DNA of 54,095 bases, from positions 1 to 54,095 of the forward strand of contig JBHGNT010000199.1 of the NCBI GenBank assembly GCA_043228905.1. Direction: 5' to 3'. Within the stretch, counting starts at the first letter, position 1; every line of letters starts with the position of its first letter. Shown piece by piece: positions 12,163 through 23,800 of this stretch. The stretch is from Azolla caroliniana (Eukaryota; Plantae; Polypodiophyta). A model generated the notes under the pieces. That model worked only from the letters and a program-made list of their open reading frames with translations. It was not told the DNA's origin and did not search any database. The translations under genes and the position numbers were made by a program.

Positions 12163-12726
12163 TATTGAGCCGAGCGAGTCGCAAAGCTCCTTGATCTTCA
12201 AGGTATATGTCGTGATAAACATATCCCTTTGTTGAATGTTGTTCAACTCTTGGCGGAGTTGAAGCTTCCTCGAGGTCGTGTTGGCAGCGAAAATCTTTCG
12301 TAGGTTTTCCCACGCTTCCTTCGGCGTCTTGGCTTCTCGAATGTAACCGAGCATGTGGTCGTGAACACATGTCGCCAAACAATACATCACGCGGCTTGCG
12401 GCTTGCTCCCATGTCGCGTATCCGGGAGCCGCTTCAGCGGGTCGGTCTTCATGCGCTCCTTTGATGTAGCTCCAATAGCCTTGTTCGACAAGGTATTGGT
12501 GCATCTTGTACTCCCAAGATGCGAAGTTGTTTCGATCCAACTTCTCGGTAGGGAGAGCGCTCCCCATTTGAGTATTCATTATGTCGATTCTTCTTCTTCT
12601 TCTTCGCTCTTCGAATGCGAGCTATGTAGCGACGCTACGATAGCTATGAGCCGGTTCTTGGTCGTCAGCGTAGAGCACAACACACGATCACGATGAGGCG
12701 AATGGGCTAGATCGAGCTACCAAATC

Positions 12727-12738
12727 GCTCTGATACCA
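12727..12738 (-). other. Primer binding site complementary to initiator tRNA-Met
   Basis: TGGTATCAGAGC on the minus strand, directly after the LTR-terminal CA. Confidence 0.92.
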
Positions 12739-12993
12739 TGTAAAGAATCAAGAGATTGATTCTTGTGAAGCGGAATAGGTGTGAACTGTGTGTGTATGTG
12801 TGTATGAGATAGAGAGAGAGACACACACACAGAGTATACGCAAGGTTAAGTATATTAGCAAAGGAGAAAGACTCAACATTATACAAGCTGGGAGGAGGGT
12901 GCTTTATGTAGTCACCCTCTCTCTTCATTAACTACAAGGCTCATGGAGCATGGGGAATGTGAAAGCTCATAAGTTACGTGTCATAGAATATGA

Positions 12994-15580
12994 GGCTTTA
13001 CGTTCAGACAATGGAGGTGAGTATACCTCTCACGAATTTGGTGACTTTTGTAAGTTTGGAGGCATTCGGAGAGAGTTTGCAGCTCCTTACACCCCTATCC
13101 AAAATGGTGTGGCTGAGAGGATGAATAGAACCATCCAAGACAGAGTTGTCTCTATGCTACACCATGCAAACATCTCACAAGGTTTTTGGGCAAAAGCCGT
13201 TTTAACAGCAATCCATGTGATTAATCTATGACCGAACACGGCCATAGGTCTAAAAGTGGCACAAGAGTTGTGGACAAGCAAGACACCTCATTATGCTCAT
13301 CTTAGAGTTTTTGGATGCGAAGCATATGTACACGTTCCAAAAACTTTAAGAAGGAAATTGGACTATAAATGTAGAAAATGTATATTCCTTGGTTACGGAA
13401 TTGATGGGCAGTTTGGATATGGCTTATGGGACCCTGACACACGTACTGTGGTCAAAAGTAGTGATGTTGTTTTTTATGAGAACAAAATGCATAAATAGTT
13501 TGTAAAGGAGGTAGAAGTGAGAAAGGTTGTGTTTAAAGATATTATGCCTTCTATTGATGTAAAACAAAAAAATATTATTGATGTACATGCTTCTACATGT
13601 GGGCAATCACGAAAAATTGTTATTGGTCAGTATGATGATGCCCAAAATGATGATGCTCAGCACAATGATGTGCAAAATAATGATTTCAACAAGAATATGC
13701 TCAGAATGATATTTATCATGCACAACCTGAGGGTATTTAGGTCCAAGAATCATTGAGGAGATCCATGTGTGTCTCCAAAGCACCTAGTAAGTTTGTTGAT
13801 TATGTAATGCTAACAGATGTCGGTGAGCCTTCATGTTACAATGAAGCCATATCTGTTCATGATCATGCTAAATGGAAACAAGCGATGCAAAATGAGTTGG
13901 ACAATATCCATAAGAATGGAAATTGGGATTTAGTGCCTTTGCCAAAAGGTGTAAATGATTGTATAAATACAAGTACACATCTGATAGTGTTCATCCCAAG
14001 TATAAAGCTCGCATTGTGGCAAAAGGTTTTAAACAAGAACAAGGAGTCGATTTCGATGAAATCTTCTCGTCGGTAGTCAAGATGACTATGTTACGCATGA
14101 TGCTTGCATTGGTTGCTAAGAATGATCTTGATTTATTTCAAATGGATGTAAAAACTGTCTTTTTGCATGGAGATCTCGATGAAGAGATCTATATGGAGCA
14201 ACCAAAGGGTTTTAAAGTTTATGGGAAAATGCCTTTGGTATGTAAACTTAAGAAAAGTTTATATGGTCTTAAGCAATCACCACGAAAATGGTATCATAAA
14301 TTCGATGCTTTTATGAGGTCCCAAAGTTATGCTAGGAGTAATGAAGATTCATGCTTATATACAAAGAAATGTATAGATGACTCATATGTTATTTTGATAC
14401 TCTATGCAAATAACATGCTCATCGCCAGTAAGAACAAGGATGAGTTGTCCAAACTAAAGAAAAATCTGAGTCAAACCTTTGATATGAAAGATTTGGGAAA
14501 TGCTAAACACATCCTTGGAATGCGTATTACTCGGGATAGGAGTAATGGATGTATTTATTTGTCTGAACCTGAGTATGTATGCAAAATACTCAAGAGGTTT
14601 AATATGGAGAATGCAAAGCCTTTGAGCACTCCATTATCTATGCATGTTAAACTGAGCAAAGATGAATGCCCCAAATCTAATCATGAAAAGGAGTTCATGA
14701 GTAAAATTCCTTACCAGTCTGTTGTTGGTAGTCGTATGTACGTTATGATAGCGACTAGGCCAGACATTGCTTTTGCAGTGGGAGTTGTGAGCAGATTTTT
14801 GTCAAATCTTGGTAAGAAACATTGGGAGGCAGTTAAACTGATATTAAGATATTTGTGTGGCACTAAGAATAGGTGTCTATGTTTAGGTGGCGGAAATATA
14901 TCCATTATAGGATATACAGACTCTGATTATGTTGGTTGTTCTGACAATAGAAAATCCACTTCGGGTTATATTTTTCAATTTATGGGAGGTGTCATATCTT
15001 GGAGATCTCATCTCCAAGAATGCACTGCTCTGTCCACTACAGAAGTAGAGTATGTTGCGGCTAGCAAAGCATTAAGGAAGCCGTATGGGTGTCTAGATTA
15101 GCTTGTGACATGGGCATACCTAATCTTGTACCCATATTGTTTTGTGATAGTCAAAGTGACATTGCATTGGCGAAAAGCCCAGTATACCATGCAAAGACCA
15201 AGCACATTGGAGTGTGATATCACTTCATTTGGGAATGCATATCTGCTGGCTACATCAGTCTTGAGAAAGTTGCCTCTCAAGAAAATGTCGCAGATGCATT
15301 GACCAAAGCTCTACCGCATGATGTGCTAGTCTAGCATTGTTGTCATTTGATGGGAATTACTCAGGTCTTGAGGTTACAGACACTGTTTTTGTATATTGTG
15401 TAACATACTCATCAAGTAGGATAGGATGTGTAGGTCTTGTTCAATAATCTTCCCATCAACTTTGTTGATCCCTTGTTTGGCCTTTAGTGGGAGATTGATA
15501 GTGAGAAAGGCCAAAAAGGTAATTTCTCACTATTTATGAATAGGTATATAAATGAATAGAAAGGTAATTTCTCACTATGT
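12994..15580 (+). mobile_element. Copia element D: integrase core to RT-RNase H, PPT and start of 3' LTR; degenerate, 5'-truncated
   Basis: LRSDNGGEY, QNGVAERMNRT, KYKARIVAKGF, QMDVKTVFLHG, LYGLKQSPR, LYANNML (decayed YVDD) and YTDSD. PPT AGTGGGAGAT is followed by TG at 15496. Confidence 0.9.
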
Positions 15581-15591
15581 ATGCTGTTCAC

Positions 15592-15922
15592 CATTTTTCT
15601 GCACAGCGGCTCCTCCGCTTCCATTGCTCCTCACAACAGGGCTCACGGCCTCGGTGAAATTGAGTGCGAAGAGGGAGGCCGCGCCGAAGACCGCAGAGAG
15701 AAGGAGGAGTTGAGTGCGGGTAGGAAGACACCATTCACCTCGATGTGCACCAAGTACTGTAGTTTTGAGCAGGAAGGGCTTGCTTGTATGGAGATTGGCG
15801 GGCCTCGGCCACCCCGGGACCTCCAGCGGCACAAAGGAGCAATGCGAGCACGAGAGATGGCGGCCTACGGCTTGGCTTGCATTAATGATGTTGGAAGATG
15901 AGGCCCATGCCAAAGCATCCAT
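15592..15922 (-). other. Orphan GC-rich exon-like segment encoding a plastid/thylakoid targeting-like N-terminus
   Basis: ATG-initiated Ser/Ala-rich ORF with hydrophobic stretch TRTQLLLLSAVFGAASLFAL. Possible donor G|GTGAAC at 15592/15591. Confidence 0.4.
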
Positions 15923-17485
15923 AGATGGTCTCTAATTTTAAATTTTGCGAAGTGATGCCTTGCGAACTCAAGCGCAATGTGCTTTTTGTCAATCTCTTTA
16001 TCTTTGGACCTACGAAAATATATGGATATATGTTGGTTGGGATATGTATAGAATTGATTGATATCTATGTGTATGTATGTGTGTTATGTGTGTATGTATG
16101 GAATAAGTGCTGTTGATGTTGGTTGTGAGTTTGGACCGTATATATAGCTTAAATTTTAAGATTCTCGTTTCTAAAAATACAAGACAATGCTAAAGACCCG
16201 TTGTAAGCACCAATACATACATAACTACTAATAATAACATAGATCTTATTTTGATTGGCTTCACTAGTCTATCCATCCTATACATATATATCTATGTATG
16301 AATGTCAAAGTTACCAACCAATAATGCCCATGAAATAAGATCTCTATGTTAATAATGGAAAGTCAAACCTAACGTTGGTGGTATGTGAGTATTTGACTTT
16401 TAAATCTGTGTCCACTAGTCATGATCATCATTGCTAGGTTGACAAAACACGTGGATTTATACACCATATGTTTCCAGAAAAAATGGAAACAAATCAAGTC
16501 TTAGCACAATCCAAGGACCAAGATGCATGTAAGTTAGGTTCTCAGTATACGTAACTTAGTTTTTACTACACGGCCCACAGCCAATTATTTTTGACATGTG
16601 ATTGCCCTTTCATGTCTCGTTACTTTTTTTATGAACATTACTATTCGACACCTTCACCTTGGTTACCCAAGTGTTGATTGTGAATCATGATTCTTATCGT
16701 GCCAGATAAATAATTTCTAGATATATGAATGCTCAAAGTTCCAAGTGTATGTGAATCATAATCAAATTGGACTCACACATTAAATATGAGGTTCCTAGTA
16801 TGCCATATGCATAGGTGCTTGGCCCATATCATTCTCTTAGCATAATTTGCCTTAAAACAATGATACAATTATTAGGCAAACAGAAGGTTTATATAGAATG
16901 AGTGTGTGGCATGGAGACTAAAATATGGAGGGGAGCATGGCTAAACCAACAGCCTTCTATTTCCATGAGTTAAACCCGAAGATAAAATAAAAAGTACAAT
17001 TTGATATGCACACCAACCCTTCCTAAGTATCAAACACGTGACCGTTGTTTTACTTGCACATGCCATGCTCCCAAAACAAACCAATGTGCACTTTTAGTGA
17101 TGGCTATGATATCTCTAATATAGAAAGCCATGTCAAATCAGAACATTCTTTTTAACCAAACAAATTGAAGAGTTGTTAGATCACATGAATTGCTTGGGTC
17201 CATATATCATTTCTCCTTTTTTTGACACAAAATTGTCTGGCTTTTGTAATTTATTGTGATTTTCTCTGAAAATACAGAATGGAAGAAACAAATGAGCTGT
17301 TTAAGCATTCACCCCATAACTGAAGTTTTGAATTAGCTTTCAGTCTTATTAAGGAGTGAAGCAACACTTTGGAAACCATTTGAATGACTTTAAATATTTG
17401 CATTATTGAACGCATTCAATAAGTTCGGATTGATACTAGAAATAATTTTGTGTAACTGGGTTTATGTTATAATGACTGAAGAAGT

Positions 17486-17872
17486 GTAGTTCAAGCAGTC
17501 CAGCTGCTGAGGTCAGCAATAAGATTATCAACTAGAATATCTTTCTCCTCTCTTGAAGTCAGATTCTTAACACGAACTGATCCACGCTCCCATTCACTTG
17601 TGAACAGTATGATCTGCTTGACTTGTAAACGTTCAGCATGCTTAAATGCCCTGTGAGTATATAACAGACATGCAACAGTAGTTCAAGCAGTCCAGCTACT
17701 GAGCTCAGCAATAAGATTATCAACTAGAATATCTTTCTCCTCTCTTGAAGTCAGATTCTTAACACGAACTGATCCACGCTCCCATTCACTTGTGCCTAAC
17801 AGTATGATCTGCTTGGCTTGTAAACGTTCAGCATGCTTAAATGCCCTGTGGGTATATAACAGACATGCAACA
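17486..17872 (-). repeat. Tandem duplication (192/195 bp units) of the HisRS terminal exon with its acceptor and stop
   Basis: Units 17486-17677 and 17678-17872. The distal exon copy 17491-17650 has CAG acceptor, open frame and TGA. Confidence 0.92.
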
Positions 17873-20800
17873 ATTATACACACATACAAAGAAATCATAC
17901 TACAGTCATACAATAAAAACATAATTATACATGTAGTCAAAATATACAGACACAATAAACACATACCATGAAAACAATGTACATTTGCATTTACATCAGA
18001 AACTCATAAATGAAATTGAGGTTACCATTTCATCTTCTTATTCTCAAGAACAAGTTCCACAGCAAATCCTGCATTCCGCAACCGATTTGCGACCAATCCA
18101 GCTTGTGGCCTTAGCTCTTCCTCTAGTGCAAACACAATGCAATCCACATCAAGCTGAAGATTGGGCACTAGTCCTTTCTCCTTCAGCAACTGAAAGTATC
18201 CAAGTCAATAATAAGTCATTGTGATCAATGATTTCATTTTACGCTTTTTTTGGGTAATAGCTTTTAGGAGAAAATGTCAACTTCCTAAAATATCCGTAAC
18301 TTGTGGGATATTTACCAGGGTTCAAAATTTTAAAATTTACTAATACAAAGGGTTATTCTGGTGTAATTCCCTAACATATATTGATAGTGAGAAAGCTTGC
18401 AATTAAGCGAATAGGTCCAAATGAATGGCAATGTATACAACATTGTGGTAGAGCTTGAATGTATGCGTTAGTGATGTATCTTCATTTCAATGAAAGTTCC
18501 AACACAATCAAACATATGTTGTGACCGGATGATCAGTGCTTTTCTACTTAAATCATGCCTTGAGTAATACATCATAAGTTCCATAGAAAGCATTAACACA
18601 ATCACATTTGCCAAGGATAAATAGAACTAAATACCTCCACAATGACAGCATCACCAAATCCAAAGCCACATGCAGGAATCTCAGGCCCACCAAAAGTTGA
18701 TAGCAATCGATCATAGCGACCACCTCCACAAATCGCACGAAGCTTTCCATCTCTATCAAAACCCTTCAGAAAAAAGATGGATTGTTTTTATTAGAGTTTA
18801 CACAAAGAGAAAAACCCTTGTTTTATTATTCATTGATTAAACTTTAGTCCTAAATTTTAAGGCAAAAGATGACCGTGGGGCTCAAATTGATGCTCGTGAA
18901 AAAATGGAATATAGATAATTTCTTACTTCAAATACAGTGCCTGTATAGTATGCCAGACCTCTAACAACGGAAGCATCAAAACAAAGCCAGTCAGCATAAC
19001 CATATCCACTAGCTAATGCAAATAGCTGATTCAATTCTCTCACAGCTTCATTGTCAGAGCCCAGAAAACCTGCAAATGGAGGAAAGATTAAAAAAAACTG
19101 TTTTTCTATGGAGCATTGAAATTGCACCAGTTGCTGCTTAAATACGCATAAGATTAATAATATCAAAGTCTCCACTCTTAGGGTTCAAGGATATTCAAAT
19201 GTAAATATATCGTCAGAAACTATATTTTGGCTCCTGAACCTGCAGATAATCTGCAGATGGCTACCATAAGTTTAAAAAAAGAACAAAAAAGACTGCCAGA
19301 TGACTTTGATGTCCAGCCAAACTCTTACAAAGTGATCGTCTCTATCCTATCAGCAATGAAAAATAAACAAGAGTCTGAAAATATGGCATTCCCTATAAGC
19401 ACATATATAGAATACAAGAATAGATAACAGTGTTCACAAGTGAGATCCTCCAGTGAAGTCTATCTCCTGCCCAAGGAAGATTATTCACATTATATTTGGA
19501 GGAGGACGACCATAAATAAGAAGAACACTCCCATATTCACAAATTCATTCAGGCACAGACATTCTTTAACAGAGGAAATCAGGAGATGATATGAATGGAT
19601 GATGTTTACGAAGTGCATTTTAATCAGAAGTTTGCCTTCAAGTTCTGAAAGTGATCGCAGAGACAGAGCACTCAGAATGCCATCAACGGCATCTTTTGAA
19701 ACTCCAAGCTTCAACAGTTCATCCTCAACCTCTTGGCGAGAAATTTTCTCCATCTGTCAATAGAATCTATTTCCTTTTTAGACAAATACCATGCTTCTAC
19801 TATAACTTAAATGGATGATAGGAAGACAAATTGAATATAAAAGTGCAAAGTTGGACGTTTACATGATTCCACAAAAGATTCAATGAATTTAAAACAAAAT
19901 TAATACCTTATCAACAATCACACAAACTGCAGCAAATGATTCTTTCGGCACTGAATATTGCCCAAGAACAGATTGAAGCACCTGTCAAACTCCATTATTT
20001 ATGCAAGTTCTACGAAGATACAAATCAACTGAAATTTGAATATCTAAATTGATTACCTTTCTATTGGATACTCGAATCCCAACATCTTCAGATGTAATGC
20101 CAACTTTTTTGAAAAATACAACAATACCAGAGAGAAGTTCTGCTTCTGCCTGGATTTGGAAACAGTTTTAAGTTTCATGCACACATTATGAGAAGGGCTA
20201 CACATAGAAACTACCTGTAAAATGCAAAAAAACTACAAAAGATCTCGCATTGCTTATATGCTCCTACAATGTCATACAATAGTCATAACTCATAAAGGAA
20301 CATTTGATCTTTTCCTGAAATTTGAAGCACTATTACATTACATGTTTTAAGCATGCACCAGGTTAATTATGCCTGGTACAAATTAGAAGATTAATTGTCA
20401 GTGATCTGAAAACCTAAATGAGTTTCTCTTAAAAGACGTTAATATATCTTCTTTCTTTCTTTCTTTCTACATAAGCCTTTATAGAAACACTCTCAAAGAA
20501 ACCACGCACTTGATAGGCATATTCCTTATTTGAAGATTTTGCTCAGTTGCAAAAATTGTTAGAAATATTGAGAATTGATTAGATGGGTATATAGAGTTAC
20601 AATTACAGAGATAGATATATGAAAACAAAACTTCTATTACATATGAGAGTAGCTCACAATGGTAGTTTACCCATGCGCTCACACCTTAGCTCACAATTGG
20701 ATGATAAAGCAGTGAAATGTATTTTTGTAGGATACAGTTTTGAAAGTAAAGGCTATTGTCTGTATCATCCACAATCTAAAAGCATTTTGGTTAGCCGTGA

Positions 20801-23800
20801 TGTTGTTTTTGTGGAGGGCCACTTCTTTCATGTACGAAGGAGACATCAGTTAGCTCCAGACATGTGTATGACACTTTGTTGCCTCTGTTTACAAGTGGAC
20901 AGTTAAGTGTTGGCCCACTTGAGGCACCTTCTCTGCCTTTGGAAGCTACTCATAATGATGTAGATCATTCCATTTCTGATGCAGATCATTCTATTTCTGA
21001 TGCAGACTTACATGATGCACTTATTAATGAGAGGGCTGATATAGAGGAGGCAAAGACTGTGCCTAAATGGCTGTTGCAGACTTTGCAAGACAGTAAATTG
21101 GATTTTCCTTTGTCATACCGTACTCGTTCAGGTTATCATAGTGCTTCTTTTGCATCAGATTGTTATGCTATGGCTGCCTCTAGTCTTTGCGATGAGAATG
21201 AGCCTATTTCTTTTGATGAAGCACAAAATTCAGAAAATTGGATGGCTGCTATGCAATCAGAATATGATGCTATTATGAGGACTGGTACATGGTCTTTATG
21301 TGACTTGCCTCCTGGCAAGAAGGCTATTGGCACAAAGTGGTTATATAAGCTAAAGTGTAAACCTGATGGAACAATTGACAAGTATAAGGCTAGGCTTGTT
21401 GCGAAAGGTTATGCCCAAGAAAAAGGCATTGATTTTGATGAGACCTTTGCTCCCACCTGCCATATGACTACTGTTCGTAGCATCTGTGCAATTGCAGCTC
21501 ATCGTGGTTGGAATGTACATCAGTTGGACATTAAAACAACATTTCTAAATGGCGATCTTCATGACGAAGTGTGTATCCCAGCCCCGTGGTTTTGTGTAGA
21601 AAGGGCATGAACACAAAGTGTGCAGGTTGAGAAAGGCATTATATGGCTTGAAGCAAGCACCACATTCTTGGTATGAAAAGATACATGCCTATTTGATTGC
21701 ATTTGGGTTTGAGAATAGTCCAATTGAAAGCACCTTATATGTTAAGCGTGTTGATGATGTATTTCTGATCATGGTTGTGTATGTCAATGATATGTTGCTC
21801 ACTGGTCCCAATGAGAAGCATATTGCTGACTTTAAGGCTGATTTGCATGCCTCTTTTGAGATGTCAGATTTGGGGCATTTGCATCATTATTTGGGCATTC
21901 AATTCATGCAAGTTGATGGTGGAATAGCTTTGTGTCAATCAAAATACATTGACACATTATTACAGCGTTTTAGCCTTGAAGACTGTAAACCTATTGCTAC
22001 TCCCATGGAGCTGTACAGGTTTACATTTGAGCCTTCATGATGCTGGAATGAATTTGATGCTGTTCTCTATCAGCAGGCAGTTGGATGCTTGATTTGCTTA
22101 TGCATAACCCAACCTGACATTCAGTTTGTTGTCTCTCAGATGAGCAGGTTTATGCATTGCCCAGGAGTTAAGCATTGGCAGGCAGTTAAGCGCATCTTTC
22201 GCTACTTGAGTGGTACCTGGTCACTTGGGTTGTTTTATCCCAAGTGGGGATCACTACCACCAGACCTGCATGCTTTTTCTGACTCTGATTGGACTGGTTG
22301 TTATGACACTCGTGTGTCCACAAGTGGTTTTTGCTTCATGCTTGGTAGCTCATGCATATCTTGGTTGAGCAAGAAGCAGCCTACTGTGGCCACTTCTAGT
22401 TGTGAGGCTGAGTGTAGGGCAGCTTTCACAGCTACAGTTGAGTGTGTGTGGCTCAGACGCCTTTTAGCTGATTTGGGTGTTGGTCAGTCTTCTACCACCA
22501 CCATCTTCACTAACAGTCAAAGCGCAATGGCAGTTGCGAGGAAATCTGTGTTCCATGCTCGCACTAAGCACATTGAGGTGCATTATCACTATGTCACGGA
22601 AAGGTTCTCCGCTGGTGAGATCAGTTTGGCTTATGTGCCCACGCAGGAGAACACTGCAGACCTCTTCACAAAGGTCTGCCTAGGGAGAAGTTTCAAGCTT
22701 TCCGCAAAGCTTTAGACCTAATCCCATTTGTGGATTCATCTCTATCCACATAGCTTGGCATTTGTTTAACCATGAGTGTCAGCTCCTTGTTCACCGCATC
22801 ACTGACAATAATGTGTGAACACACTTAGGACTACAGGGGCATTTTTTCCCTCTTTAGGAGGTTTTTTCCCCCTGTCTATAAATACTCTCATAACCCTAAA
22901 GTGGAAAAGTTTTTTTGGGGATTCAAAATAAGAACCCAACAGTTTTTTGATAAATTAATTAAATTAAATAAAGGTTCACAAACTCCCCCCTTTTTTATTT
23001 GACACTATAAAGGAGAGTTAATACTAATCATATTTTTATAATCTACTAATGAATTATTGCTCTTTTCTTAGTTAATTTAATTTTTTTAATTTAAAAAAGG
23101 AAAGCGCTATTTGCCCCCCCATTTTTTTTAGAATTTCTGATAGTTCTCACCTCGTTCGGCAACATGTCTCAACAAGCGTCTTCAGCTTCAATTATCGACA
23201 AAACCTTCACCGAGAGAGGGGCTCTGATCAGTTTTATCAAGGACCATTTCCGTGCTCAGAATATCATCGTTGTATTGGATAAGCATAGTGACAACCAAAA
23301 AGCCACTTTCAAGTGCTACTATGGGGGGAAATATCGCAACCCTCTAGGCTTGACTGACGATACTCGCAAAAGACAAACGGGACTCGTCTAATGAACTGCC
23401 CATTCTTCGTTAGAGCAAACTTCTCGAAGAAAATGGGACATTGGACTATTAAAAAGGCAGCTATTGCGCACAACCATCCTATTTCTGACAATCTCGGTGG
23501 TATATCAACGGCTCGTAGACTTAACTGAAACAGAAAAAGCCATTGTTCAAGACATGGCAAATGCTGGAACTGGTGCGGCTTCAACTCTGGCCTACTTGAG
23601 AGAAAAAACCAGAAATCAATGAACCACCAGGAAAGAAATCTACAACAAAAAAATTTAGGGGGGGGGATAGCCAAAATGGGGGGGCAAATAGTGCTTTCCA
23701 TTAACTTCTTGGATATTTATTTTGCAAAACGAATGATTTTATAATATTCTTGGTGCCATTTCGTATTCTCGAATATTGTGAATATCACGCATGTGTCAAT

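Larger units (their letters stand above)
6687..12993 (-). mobile_element. Copia element C, young, non-autonomous (RT core deleted, internal duplication, truncated 5' LTR)
   Basis: 3' LTR 6687-7068 (TG...CA), PPT 7069-7080, PBS 12727-12738, 5' LTR 12739-12993. Gag (KLDRNNFASWEYKM; CGYCGKLDHHEEEC), protease (WFVDSGASNHM), integrase (LWHKRIGH, CEACQFGK, LRSDGGKEY, GVAERKN), RT start ([13 protein letters not shown]) and RNase H ([18 protein letters not shown]). Confidence 0.96.

Noticed and set aside
12950-13231. ORF fusing LTR sequence to integrase as a new gene
   Set aside because: An accidental product of the deletion junction that stops after 93 codons.
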